Positions 19,605-29,827 of a stretch of DNA of 64,000 nt are shown here, in pieces. The stretch spans positions 1-64,000 of the forward strand of contig JAEOTC010000154.1 in the NCBI GenBank assembly GCA_016840035.1, read 5' to 3'. Within the stretch, counting starts at the first letter, position 1, and every line of letters begins with the position of its first letter. Position numbers and translations under genes: made by a program. The notes under the pieces were generated by a model that searched no databases, was not told the DNA's origin, and saw only the letters and a program-made list of their open reading frames with translations. The stretch is from Candidatus Hodarchaeota archaeon (GTDB lineage: Archaea; Asgardarchaeota; Heimdallarchaeia; Hodarchaeales; Hodarchaeaceae).

Positions 19605-20236
19605 GCTTTGGCCTCCTTTTCATATTTCTTTGCGTTTTTGAAAATCCCTCGGACTTCCTTTCTGGCTTTAGAATTCCAAGGAGGGAAAAATTCGATTTTG
19701 AATTTCCTCAGCATCCCCAAAATCATTGAGATGTATTTAAAACCGATTAATGCTCCAAAAGGAAAACCTCTCCCATACATCATATACCGACCAATCATCT
19801 CAGGTTCCCAAGAACGACCCCAAAGCCAGACACTTTCTTTGAATCTCTTATCAAATGAATGTTTTAATTTTCCTTCCTTAGACAATGAAATACGTCTTGA
19901 TTTGTCTTTACTTTTTGTATCACGAACAGCTATTGTACGTAAAGCTTCGATAACTTCTGTAAATCTGACATTTTGCGGGCATCTATCTGTACACTCAAAA
20001 CATCCAACACATTGCCAGATAGCCTTTGATTCCAACACTTCCTTACGCATACCAACTAACACTTGTCGGATTACTTTTCTTGGATTTAGATCCAAGCCTA
20101 CATCGGTGATAGGACATGTTAAGGTACACGAAGAACATTGAAAACACTTTTTTAGATGTTCACCACCCTCCTCGGCAACGACTTCATTTTTAAAATTCAA
20201 ATCGGCAGTATTTAGATTAAAGGTCTGTATGGCCAT
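19601..20236 (-). CDS. hdrC: Heterodisulfide reductase subunit C (second copy)
   Basis: CFQCSSCTLTCP and CVGCFECTDRCPQ; start probably ATG 20236. Confidence 0.9.
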   Translation of the reverse strand: MAIQTFNLNTADLNFKNEVVAEEGGEHLKKCFQCSSCTLTCPITDVGLDLNPRKVIRQVLVGMRKEVLESKAIWQCVGCFECTDRCPQNVRFTEVIEALRTIAVRDTKSKDKSRRISLSKEGKLKHSFDKRFKESVWLWGRSWEPEMIGRYMMYGRGFPFGALIGFKYISMILGMLRKFKIEFFPPWNSKARKEVRGIFKNAKKYEKEAKA

Positions 20237-20449
20237 GAAAATCACATTTACTAGCCCTAATGCTAACTAAAGGGAACTCTACGACAAATTTGACATTAAT
20301 ATATATATATTCTTTGATAAGTGATCGTTTTGTAGCCTCTACACAATTAAAGATAACAATAGAAAAGAATTTAGGAATGAAAAAATGTTTTAAGCACTTA
20401 TTCTCTCCCCCTTTCATATACATCAGTTTTTGAAATGAAGTGAAAGATT

Positions 20450-20836
20450 ATGTCCCCCAAAGTTGATGACTCCTGCAAATACTACAAAGAACATCAATGG
20501 GTTAGAGTGGAAGATGATCGTACATGTTTGATCGGAATCTCTGACTTTGCCCAAGATTCACTAAAAGATATAGTAATGGTAGAGCTACCAGAAGTAGGTG
20601 ATACTGTTACTCAAGGTGAAGTGTTTACTTCCATCGAAAGTGTAAAAGCTGTTAGTGATGTTTTTAGTCCTGTTTCTGGTGAAATAGTTGAAGTTAATGA
20701 AGAGTTGGAAGATACACCTGAAAATTGTAATGAAGATCCATTTGGATCTTGGCTTGTAAAAGTCAAGCCGTCTAATCTTGATGGTGATCTTGCTAATCTT
20801 ATGAGCCCTGCGGAATATGAAGAATTCTGCGGATAA
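20450..20836 (+). CDS. gcvH: Glycine cleavage H-type lipoyl carrier protein
   Basis: HQWVRVE, GISDFAQ, lipoyl-Lys motif IESVKAVSDVFSPVSGEI. Confidence 0.92.
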   Translation: MSPKVDDSCKYYKEHQWVRVEDDRTCLIGISDFAQDSLKDIVMVELPEVGDTVTQGEVFTSIESVKAVSDVFSPVSGEIVEVNEELEDTPENCNEDPFGSWLVKVKPSNLDGDLANLMSPAEYEEFCG

Positions 20837-20912
20837 ATAGGACTCAATAGAGATCAATAAGCATCTAAGGAGAAATATCTCCTTAGAAACATTTTTCTTT
20901 TCAGATCTCTTT

Positions 20913-21595
20913 CTATTCGGAGATCAAATCTTCTACTGCAAGAAGTGTGATTACTGAAAACATGATTGCGTGAAGTAAGAGTATTACACCACTTATAAGT
21001 GCTGCAGAAGGATCGTAATAAAAAGTAAGATTCTTTGTGGCATCTGCTGCTATAATTATTGAGGGGATGATCAAGGGGAAGAAAAGAATTGGGATTGCTA
21101 GAGTTTTTGATTTGGCATAAATGGTCAAAAGTGAGACGATACATCCTGCTACAGCCAGATCTATGGTTCCACATATCAATACAATCATAAAAACTATAAT
21201 ACTCCCTTGAATTGAGATATTTAGAAATATAATTGCCACTAGAAACGCGAAAATTTCAACCACACCCACAATCACTAATAAATACAATAATTTTGCTAAA
21301 AAAATAGCCTGAGGCTTTACAGGTAAAGAGAGAAGCGAGTATATTGAATTTTTCTGGGTTTCCCGAGAAAAAACTGATTAACCCCGATTATAATTGTAAA
21401 GGCAGTAATAAACTACATGGCAACCGTCGAAATAGTATACTGGGCTTCTAGAGTGATATCATCAATCAAAATGATCAGGGATGAGAAAATCAGCACTGCT
21501 GCTAAAGAAAAAATTCCCATAGATAATTATATCTCTTTTGTACGAAATTCTAAAGTCAGATCCTATCTCATCATAAAATAAGTATCTGCAAGCAT
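20913..21595 (-). pseudogene. ccmB: Decayed heme exporter permease CcmB
   Basis: MLADTYFMMR*DLTLEFRTKEI*LSMGIFSL...AM*FIT... then a frameshift near 21380 into SVFSRETQKNSIYSLLSLPV...LAKL...PILFFPLIIP. Stops at 21563-65, 21527-29 and 21413-15. Confidence 0.8.
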
Positions 21596-21821
21596 ATTCT
21601 TTCATTCTGTCTAATCTTTTTCTTTTCTTAAACTTAGGAATTGGTCATCTTCCTTATTGTAGAGACCTTACATATTGTGTATATGAAATAAATTAAAAAC
21701 TTAAAAACAATAAATAGTTTTTAATACATAGTAGACTTTGAAGAGAGTCAATCGTTTCAACCTCTGTATCGAGTGTGTTTCAAGATTCATTTCATGAATT
21801 AAGTATAAGGTCCTATTTAAC

Positions 21822-22505
21822 TTGGTTTCAGAAGTAGCTACATCATCAAAAGATAAAATATTGCAGTACTTACTACTCAGTGGTTCAACGGCTGAGGATT
21901 CATGTACTGTGAAAGAAATTGCTGATCATCTTAAAATCAGTATTAATGCCACTCGCCAGTACCTTATCGTATTGGAGAAAGAAGGATTAGTGATCCGTAC
22001 AACTCAAAAAAGCACGACTGGTAGACCTGCAATTCTCTACTCATTACATCCCGATGCCATCGAGGAATTTCCTAAACAATATCGTGACTTTTCCATTAAA
22101 TTGCTAGCAGAGGTTCAAGAAAAGCTAGGGGTTCGAGCTACGATTGAAGTTCTAAGAAAAGTAGGTAAACAAATTGCTGATGAATTACAACCCTACGTCA
22201 AAACAAATATTGAACCTGGTGGTTCTTATAATTCTTTAAGGGATAGACTGCATGCTGTTGTAAAAGTTTATCACCAGTACGGCAAATTCCCGGAATTATT
22301 AGAAGATGATGTTTCTTTTGCTCTCAAAAACTATAATTGTCTTATATTTGGAGTGGCAAAAGAAAATAGCCTTGCTTGTACAGTTGATGAGTCTATAGTA
22401 AGTGAACTAGTGAACACCCCAGCTGTAAAGGAAAAATGCATTCGTAAAGGAGATGAATGCTGTTTATATCGGATAAAGAAATCTGAATTCCAGGATACTA
22501 GTTGA
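21822..22505 (+). CDS. HTH transcriptional regulator (ArsR/SufR-like, Cys-containing C-terminal sensor)
   Basis: TVKEIADHLKISINATRQYLIVLEKEGLV, GRPAILYSL, YNCLI..AC..C..GDECC. Confidence 0.82.
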   Translation: MVSEVATSSKDKILQYLLLSGSTAEDSCTVKEIADHLKISINATRQYLIVLEKEGLVIRTTQKSTTGRPAILYSLHPDAIEEFPKQYRDFSIKLLAEVQEKLGVRATIEVLRKVGKQIADELQPYVKTNIEPGGSYNSLRDRLHAVVKVYHQYGKFPELLEDDVSFALKNYNCLIFGVAKENSLACTVDESIVSELVNTPAVKEKCIRKGDECCLYRIKKSEFQDTS

Positions 22506-23030
22506 TTAGAGCGATTTCTTGGCAGCATTATGACTAATTAAGAACTCTCTTTATTTTTTCTACATTAAAGATAGTTTATTTCTGTTTTTTCTCCTATATT
22601 CCGAAAAAACCCAAGTTTGTCCCCCGAATCTGATATATTAAACGAAATGCTATTTTTTCATGGATTAGTAGGATTTCCAAAGAGTTTTTTGTTAATTTTC
22701 CAATTTTTAAACGATTAATTATGTTTAAAAAGAAATTCATAATCTTAATCATTTTTATTCTCCCTATTCTCTAGGTAGATTCTTATTTGATGTTCTAATT
22801 CATCCTATGAGGAAACTGCAAAAACTTTCCACCCCTACTACTTCCATCTAGTGTTCTAAAGCAATGAACACTTTTCGGAAAAGAATATTTTTCAGCTTAT
22901 AGGAGAATTCAATCTATTGAGCTAGCTTCCCTCATTTTAGAACCTAGATCAACAAAACTGGTCTATTTTCTGAAGGAACTCCAATCTCTTAACAAATATG
23001 ATAATTCAGACACCAAATTGGGGATAAACC

Positions 23031-23507
23031 ATGACTCAAGAAGATTATATTATATCTATGTTCCGCAAAGATGATTGTAAACGTCTTATTCGTTCTGAAC
23101 TGAATGCTTTACCTGAAACGGCAACTATTAGAGAAGCAATTGATGCTCTAAGATCCAAATGGTCTAGCTATGTATGTATCTTAGGGGAGGGGAAGCAATT
23201 ACGCGGTATTATTACCGAGCGAGATATCTTGCGAAATATAGCAGCTGGAAGTCTCGATGAAAATGCTGCTGCTGTCTCAATTATGAATACTGAATTTCAT
23301 ACCATTGAATGCCGAGAATCAATAGCCCAGATTGCATTAACTTTGTATAAGAATACGTTCATGCATTTACCAATTCTCGATGAAGGTAAACTAGTTGGAA
23401 TAGTTTCTGCCAGAGATTTCATTCACTATTTAGTAGAATATTTTGCTGAGAGTGTCCATACGTTAAAACCCGTACAACCGACACAAGACAGGAGAGAGGG
23501 TGCATAA
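23031..23507 (+). CDS. CBS-pair protein
   Basis: LRGIITERDIL and HLPILDEGKLVGIVSARDF. Confidence 0.88.
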   Translation: MTQEDYIISMFRKDDCKRLIRSELNALPETATIREAIDALRSKWSSYVCILGEGKQLRGIITERDILRNIAAGSLDENAAAVSIMNTEFHTIECRESIAQIALTLYKNTFMHLPILDEGKLVGIVSARDFIHYLVEYFAESVHTLKPVQPTQDRREGA

Positions 23508-23544
23508 ATCCTAGGAAAACCCTAACATTATCCGAGGTAAACTA

Positions 23545-25446
23545 ATGGAAAATCCTCAACAGATCAAGAATGATGATGAAAATATCGTCCGGAAACCTAT
23601 AGAAGAGCTAGAACGTGTAGTAATTCGTTTAGCGGGTGATAGTGGGGATGGAATGCAACTTGCTGGATTGAAATTTACTTCTTCATCAGTAATACTCGGG
23701 AACGATGTCTCAACATTTCCTGATTATCCTGCAGAAATCCGTGCTCCCCAAGGAACGCTCGCAGGAGTCTCTGGATTTCAAATTCATTTTTCTTCAACTG
23801 AAATTTACACCCCTGGAGATCAACTGGACGCACTTGTGGCAATGAATCCAGCGGCTTTAAAGGTAAACATTTCTGATTTAAAACCGAACGGAATTCTAAT
23901 AGTAAACGAGGATTCTTTTACCTCTCGAACTCTTTCAAAAGCTGGTTACTCTTCTAACCCATTAGAAGACAATTCATTAGCCAAATATCGACTAATCCCA
24001 GTTAAAATTACAAAATTAAACCGAGAAGCAGTTAGCTCTATTGAGGGTATGTCAAGTAAACAGGTCAATCTTACTCGTAACTTTTTCGCTTTGGGATTGA
24101 TCTCATGGTTATATGATAGGCACCTAAAATCTACAATATCTTGGATTAAACAAAAATTCAAGAACCGTCCGATGATTGTTAAGGCTAATACTAAAACCCT
24201 CAAAGCAGGATATTATTACGGTGAAACTAATGAACTATTATCTATCCAATATTCTGTACCTAAAGCAGAAATGGATCCGGGAAAATATCGTTATATTTCT
24301 GGTACTCAAGCTTTAGCCTTAGGCTTAGCCACGTCTTCCCAACTCGCAAAAAAAGAGCTATTTTTTGGTGCATATCCAATAACACCTGCAAGTGATTTAT
24401 TACATGAACTTGTAAAACTCCGTGGTTATGGAGTGAAGACTTTTCAAGCTGAAGATGAGATAGCAGCAATTGGTTCAATCATTGGAGCTTCTTTTGGTGG
24501 TTCAATTGCTGTAACCGGTACATCTGGACCTGGATTAGCCTTAATGAGTGAAGCTTTAGGTCTTGCGGTTATTACCGAACTTCCATTGTTGGTAGTCAAT
24601 GTCCAACGTGCTGGTCCTAGTACCGGCATGCCTACTAAACCTGAGCAGAGTGATTTGTTACAGGTACTCTTTGGTAGGAATGGAGAATCACCTTTACCAA
24701 TATTAGCTCCTCAAAGTCCAGGTGATTGTTTTGACCTAGCTATTGAGGCTCTTCGCATTGCTTTGAAATATATGACTCCAGTAGTACTAATTTCTGACGC
24801 ATTCTTGGCAAACAATATCGATCCGTGGAAAATCCCTTTACTAGAGGAATTAAAAACGATGGAAGTCGTACACCCCACAACTGCACCAATGAGTTCTGAT
24901 GGCAGATACAATCCGTACTCCCGTAATGAAAATCTGGTAAGACCATATGTCATACCAGGAACAAAAGGACTCGAACATAGAGTTGGAGGATTGGAGAAAG
25001 AAAGAGTTACCGGAAATGTGAGTTATGATCCTCTCAATCATGAAGAAATGGTGAATATAAGAGAAAAGAAGATATCTGGTATCGTGAAAGATATTCCACT
25101 ACAACGCGTTCATGGACCATCAGAAGGGGATGTACTTGTATTATCGTGGGGGTCCACTTTTGGTGCTGCTCATACCGCTTGTAAGAATTTACGGAAAGAA
25201 GGACTCTCAGTTGCTGATACTAATTTGCGGTACTTGAATCCTTTACCCGCTAATCTCAAAGATATCCTTAATTCTTACAAATATGTTCTAATTCCTGAAA
25301 TGAATAAAGGACAGCTCCATTTTATCATTCAAGCTCAATTTGCAATCAAGACTCAGAGTCTTACAAAGATTCAAGGGAGACCGTTCCATGTCATTGAAAT
25401 CGAGGAGGAAGTCAGACAGATTATTGGAGGTTTATTTGATGAGTGA
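23545..25446 (+). CDS. korA: 2-oxoacid:ferredoxin oxidoreductase, gamma-alpha subunit
   Basis: AGDSGDGMQL, YPAEIRAPQG, YPITPAS, QAEDEIAA, QRAGPSTGMPTK. Confidence 0.93.
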   Translation: MENPQQIKNDDENIVRKPIEELERVVIRLAGDSGDGMQLAGLKFTSSSVILGNDVSTFPDYPAEIRAPQGTLAGVSGFQIHFSSTEIYTPGDQLDALVAMNPAALKVNISDLKPNGILIVNEDSFTSRTLSKAGYSSNPLEDNSLAKYRLIPVKITKLNREAVSSIEGMSSKQVNLTRNFFALGLISWLYDRHLKSTISWIKQKFKNRPMIVKANTKTLKAGYYYGETNELLSIQYSVPKAEMDPGKYRYISGTQALALGLATSSQLAKKELFFGAYPITPASDLLHELVKLRGYGVKTFQAEDEIAAIGSIIGASFGGSIAVTGTSGPGLALMSEALGLAVITELPLLVVNVQRAGPSTGMPTKPEQSDLLQVLFGRNGESPLPILAPQSPGDCFDLAIEALRIALKYMTPVVLISDAFLANNIDPWKIPLLEELKTMEVVHPTTAPMSSDGRYNPYSRNENLVRPYVIPGTKGLEHRVGGLEKERVTGNVSYDPLNHEEMVNIREKKISGIVKDIPLQRVHGPSEGDVLVLSWGSTFGAAHTACKNLRKEGLSVADTNLRYLNPLPANLKDILNSYKYVLIPEMNKGQLHFIIQAQFAIKTQSLTKIQGRPFHVIEIEEEVRQIIGGLFDE

Positions 25447-26470
25447 AAAGGACAATTCAATATCCACACCAGTTTTAACACCAAAAGATTTTGATTCAGG
25501 ATTTGATGTACGGTGGTGTCCCGGATGTGGTGACTATGCTATCTTAGCGAATTTGAAACGCGTGTTACCTACGTTAGGCATTCCAAAAGAGAATTTCGTG
25601 GTCGTTAGTGGTATCGGCTGTAGTAGTCGATTTCCATATTATATGGATACTTATGGAATGCACACTATTCATGGTAGAGCTCCTACAATCGCCACTGGTC
25701 TGAAATGCAGTCGTCCTGATCTGTCTATCTGGGTCGTTACAGGTGATGGCGATGGACTTTCTATCGGGGGAAATCATTTAATGCATGCCATTCGGAGAAA
25801 TGTCGATATCAAGATATTGCTCTTCAACAATCAAATTTATGGTCTTACAAAAGGGCAATATTCCCCTACGACAAAGCAATCCAAAAGAACAAAATCTTCA
25901 CCTACAGGATCCATAGATTATCCAGTTAATCCTATTTCTTGGGCGTTAGGAGCTGAAGCTACTTTCATTGCCCGGACAATTTTCCAATACCCTGACCACA
26001 TGCAAACTGTCCTCCGTCGCGCTGCAGAACATCGAGGAGTAAGCTTTGTTGAAATCTATCAGAATTGTGTTATTTTTAATGACGGAGCTTATCGTTATGC
26101 TACTGATAAAGAGATGCGATATGATAATATTTTTGAGCTAGAACATGGAAAACCGATGAAATTTGGTCGAGACCAAGAAAAAGGGATATTCCTTCATGGT
26201 CTCACTCCAAAAGTGATAAATTATAAACAGGCTGGATTTGAGGAATCCGATTTATTGCATCATGATGAAAATGCTCAAGAATCAACACTTGCATTCTTCT
26301 TATCACGAATGCGTTATCCTGAGTTCCCTGAACCAATAGGAATATTCAGAGCTATTCAAAAACCCACTTATAACGATATGCTTGATCAACAAATGGAAGA
26401 AGCCAAAAGAAACGTCACAAAACCACTACAAGAAATAGTAAATGGAGAAGAGAATTGGATAGTAACTTGA
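25439..26470 (+). CDS. korB: 2-oxoacid:ferredoxin oxidoreductase beta subunit
   Basis: WCPGCGDY, SGIGCSSR, HGRA, GDGD..NNQIYGLTKGQYSPT. Start moved to ATG 25439, behind GGAGG. Confidence 0.93.
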   Translation: MSEKDNSISTPVLTPKDFDSGFDVRWCPGCGDYAILANLKRVLPTLGIPKENFVVVSGIGCSSRFPYYMDTYGMHTIHGRAPTIATGLKCSRPDLSIWVVTGDGDGLSIGGNHLMHAIRRNVDIKILLFNNQIYGLTKGQYSPTTKQSKRTKSSPTGSIDYPVNPISWALGAEATFIARTIFQYPDHMQTVLRRAAEHRGVSFVEIYQNCVIFNDGAYRYATDKEMRYDNIFELEHGKPMKFGRDQEKGIFLHGLTPKVINYKQAGFEESDLLHHDENAQESTLAFFLSRMRYPEFPEPIGIFRAIQKPTYNDMLDQQMEEAKRNVTKPLQEIVNGEENWIVT

Positions 26471-26484
26471 ATGAGGAGATAATT

Positions 26485-26997
26485 ATGAATTGCCCAGCGT
26501 GCGGATCTGAAAATATACCTGGAGTCTCAGTATGCGATAATTGTGGTACAGATTTGACATTCTTTGAAGAACCAAAACCAGTAACTGAATCCAAAATTGA
26601 AAAAGCAATTATGAAGGATAAACTCAGTGAAATTTGTGGAGAAAAGACAATTGCCATCAAAGTTCCTCCTTCCATGCATATTCGTGAAGTGATCACTATT
26701 ATGATTAAGAATCAAAAATGTTCAGTAGTTATTATGGAGGATGATCAAATCAAAGGCATTTTTACTGAAAGATCGTTACTTAAACGTGTTTGTGGTGACT
26801 CTCCAATCAATGTTGATAGGCCTGTTGCTGAAGCAATGCTGTGGGATCCAGAGATTCTGGCATCTTCTAACAGTGTAGCAGACGCACTTCATATGATGGA
26901 GGCTGGAGGTTATACTTATGCAATAATAGAGGGAGATCCTTTACGTGTTCTGAATATTAAAAATATTCTGGAGTACATTATTGAACTCGAGTTGTAA
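26485..26997 (+). CDS. Zinc-ribbon plus CBS-pair protein
   Basis: CPACG..CDNCG then IKGIFTERSLL; start ATG 26485 after GAGGAG. Confidence 0.85.
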   Translation: MNCPACGSENIPGVSVCDNCGTDLTFFEEPKPVTESKIEKAIMKDKLSEICGEKTIAIKVPPSMHIREVITIMIKNQKCSVVIMEDDQIKGIFTERSLLKRVCGDSPINVDRPVAEAMLWDPEILASSNSVADALHMMEAGGYTYAIIEGDPLRVLNIKNILEYIIELEL

Positions 26998-27012
26998 TTA
27001 TTTAGGAGATCT

Positions 27013-27420
27013 TTGATGACGGACAAAGTAACATTATCTAAAGAGGAGTGGAAAAAGAAGCTCTCTCTAGAGCAATTTCGTATCTTAAGGGAAAAAGGAA
27101 CAGAGCGAGCGTTTACTGGGGAGTACTGGAATCATTTTGAAACTGGTAAATACAAGTGTTCAGGTTGTGGGGAAGTATTGTTCACCTCGAAAGATAAATT
27201 TACCTCTGACTGTGGTTGGCCGAGTTTTTCAGCTCCTGCTGATGATATAATCGAAGAGAAGCAGGATCTCAGTTATGGAATGATCCGTACTGAAGTTCTT
27301 TGTAAGAAATGTGGAGGACATCTGGGACATGTGTTTAATGATGGTCCTAGAGACAAGGGAGGATTACGCTATTGCATTAATTCCCTTTCACTTAAGTTTG
27401 AAAAAAAGAGTGACCTATAA
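27013..27420 (+). CDS. msrB: Methionine-R-sulfoxide reductase
   Basis: GTERAFTG, CSGC, GWPSF, CKKCGGHLGHVF, RYCINS. Confidence 0.96.
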   Translation: MMTDKVTLSKEEWKKKLSLEQFRILREKGTERAFTGEYWNHFETGKYKCSGCGEVLFTSKDKFTSDCGWPSFSAPADDIIEEKQDLSYGMIRTEVLCKKCGGHLGHVFNDGPRDKGGLRYCINSLSLKFEKKSDL

Positions 27421-27480
27421 GTTTCTAAAATCAAACATCCTTAAATTCGGGATAGAGAGAAGATAAGAACACTAGTGATC

Positions 27481-28839
27481 TTACTTTCCTATTCGCTTTC
27501 GTTTTTCTAGGTAACTAATTACCATAACAAGGAAAATACTAGGAAATAAAAATCCTTGAGTTAATAACGCTGTAGTATCGGTATTGTTCGATTCAGTTAA
27601 TGAATCAGAGTCTGTATCTCTGGGTGTTAAACCATAAGTAGAACTGAAGGGATAAGCTAAAGGAAATGGATCAAAGTTACCTGATTCTCCATCAATTGCA
27701 TAGGGAAAATCAATAAAAAGATCTCCATCGTCATTAGGTGAAGTCCAATCACTCCAAAAATTATGACTGAAGTTATTCAAGAATCCCGAATCAAATGATT
27801 GAGAGGAAGAGGGTAATGAATTGTCAACAAAATTATTGAAAACTAGAGTGTTGTTTATAGCAGATCCACTAAGGATTAAACCATAACCTCCACTAAGCGA
27901 GATGTTATTCCCCTGGATTGTCAGATTATGACAATCCTCACCAAGAAAAATACCATTTTGTTGATGATTCTCTATTGAATTGTTTATAATTTGAAAATTA
28001 CTGGCTAGGAAGACCTCTAATCCATTAAAGCCATTATCAAAGATATAATTCCAATTTATCAAAGACCCTCCAAATGCGAACTCATATTGGATGCCATTCA
28101 GAGTATTTTGATAGATTCGATTATAAGTAATATTTACAAGGAAATTATCCCCTAAGAAAATACCATTAAGAGTATTATCATAGATTTCATTATCAAAAAC
28201 AAGTGTACCCCGTGTATACATTAGAAATTCTAATCCCTCTCCATTCTCATGAATTTTATTTCTAACAATCTTTACTTGGTCAAAATCTTCGATACCAATT
28301 CCCTTCCATTGATTTTTGAAGATATCATTTTCAAAAATGTATGCATTTGCACGCCCAAACAGATTGATACCATATTCATTCTCTGAAATGAAGTTATGAG
28401 AAATTGTGCTATTGTAACCTTGTAGATCAATTCCAACTGAATTATGTAAAATATGATTCCCAGATATTATTACATTATAGGTGTTCCATAGAGAAATCCC
28501 TGTTGTCCCACCAATCAATGTACAGTTCTCAATTGATAAATATAATGAAGTTTCTTCTATCCAAATGAGTCTATCACTTGTATTTGTTATCAAAAGATTT
28601 GAAATCAGAAAAGGTTTATTGGGTGATCCATCACGAGTACCATTTAAGTCCCAGTTTTCAATTCGAGATTGATTTCTAAGATCTTCGTCAGTAAAAATAC
28701 GTATCGATCCATACTCCTGCAATTCAGTCAGATTAGACTGAGATTGACCTTTAATGTCGAAAGCTCTGATCGAAGGATTCGAACTGAATATTATTAAAAC
28801 AATTATCCCAATAATTCCGAATATAATCCCCTTTCTCAT
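27481..28839 (-). CDS. Secreted parallel beta-helix (NosD/CASH-like) surface protein
   Basis: Signal peptide, repeated N-x-I-x-x-N-x-x-GI units, NFWSD..DPFPL cap, S/T linker, TM and basic tail. Confidence 0.8.
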   Translation of the reverse strand: MRKGIIFGIIGIIVLIIFSSNPSIRAFDIKGQSQSNLTELQEYGSIRIFTDEDLRNQSRIENWDLNGTRDGSPNKPFLISNLLITNTSDRLIWIEETSLYLSIENCTLIGGTTGISLWNTYNVIISGNHILHNSVGIDLQGYNSTISHNFISENEYGINLFGRANAYIFENDIFKNQWKGIGIEDFDQVKIVRNKIHENGEGLEFLMYTRGTLVFDNEIYDNTLNGIFLGDNFLVNITYNRIYQNTLNGIQYEFAFGGSLINWNYIFDNGFNGLEVFLASNFQIINNSIENHQQNGIFLGEDCHNLTIQGNNISLSGGYGLILSGSAINNTLVFNNFVDNSLPSSSQSFDSGFLNNFSHNFWSDWTSPNDDGDLFIDFPYAIDGESGNFDPFPLAYPFSSTYGLTPRDTDSDSLTESNNTDTTALLTQGFLFPSIFLVMVISYLEKRKRIGK

Positions 28840-28981
28840 TTCATTATCTCCTGAATAACTTAAATTGTTATTCTGTTTTAAATTTATAAGAATTTTATTG
28901 ACGGAAAATCTTCTGTTCCTTCCTGGGTGATTTTTGATTTTTTTTTTAAGAAAAATTGAGTAAGCAAAGAAACTCGATCAT

Positions 28982-29794
28982 CTAAACAGGTTTTCGAGCT
29001 TTTAAAGTAAACATCATAGGAATTTGTTGATATTCCTTAGGAAGATACCACCAGCCATCTTTTTCCTGGAGAAAAGGAAACATTTCCCAAGAGATGAAAG
29101 GATATTCATGAATAAACTCTATCTGCAAACCAGCAGCAATTAAATTATTCACAATGTAACCAAGATCATGTACCCATCCATATTCTCGTGTATTTTTGAT
29201 TTTCACATCTCCACTCGCATATGATGAGTCATAATCAAACGCAAGAGGTTCGTCTTGATGGAAGTAGGGGAATCGCACTCGTAACTCAGATTCATGTTCA
29301 TCATCAAAAATTAACGCAAAAGGATGGCCTTCCGCGATATAGAAAAACCCACCTGGTTTTAAATAATAAGCAATCATTTCAGCCCATTTTTTCAATTCTG
29401 GAAGCCAAAAAATTGCTCCATGGCTAGTAAAAACTATGTCAAATGACTTTTCTGCAAGATTTGTTTGATCTAATTTACCTATTTCTGTTTGAATGAAAGT
29501 AGCATCTAATCCAATTTCTTCACTTAATTGAGAGGCGAGTTTTATTGCTTGGGATGAAAAATCAACACCTGTTACTTTAGCACCAAGTCTTGCCCATGAT
29601 AAGGTATCTTTTCCAAAATGACATTGTAAATGAAGTAATGTTTTACCTGTAACGTCTCCAACTTCTTTAACTTCAAGATCACTTATGGATATTCCTCCTT
29701 CTCGAAATTTTTTGACATCATAAAATTCACTTCCAAAATGAACCTTGGCTAGCTCGTCCCAGCGATTCTTATTCTTTTCTATATAGTCTTTCAT
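28982..29794 (-). CDS. Class I SAM-dependent methyltransferase
   Basis: LLHLQCHFGKDT, GVDFS, FDIVFTS, LKPGG. Confidence 0.88.
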   Translation of the reverse strand: MKDYIEKNKNRWDELAKVHFGSEFYDVKKFREGGISISDLEVKEVGDVTGKTLLHLQCHFGKDTLSWARLGAKVTGVDFSSQAIKLASQLSEEIGLDATFIQTEIGKLDQTNLAEKSFDIVFTSHGAIFWLPELKKWAEMIAYYLKPGGFFYIAEGHPFALIFDDEHESELRVRFPYFHQDEPLAFDYDSSYASGDVKIKNTREYGWVHDLGYIVNNLIAAGLQIEFIHEYPFISWEMFPFLQEKDGWWYLPKEYQQIPMMFTLKARKPV

Positions 29795-29827
29795 GCTGAT
29801 TCATCCATCATTTCTTCTAAGCTGGAA

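Noticed and set aside
1-20245. Selenocysteine recoding in HdrA/MvhD/MvhA
   Set aside because: The ligand positions are Cys codons in uninterrupted frames; no in-frame TGA is needed.
21413-21565. TAG read-through (pyrrolysine or alternative code) in ccmB
   Set aside because: A TAA stop and a frameshift also occur, and TAG terminates many normal genes here.
22506-23030. 525-bp intergenic gap as an ncRNA or small ORF
   Set aside because: AT-rich, with no convincing ORF, repeat or stable structure seen.
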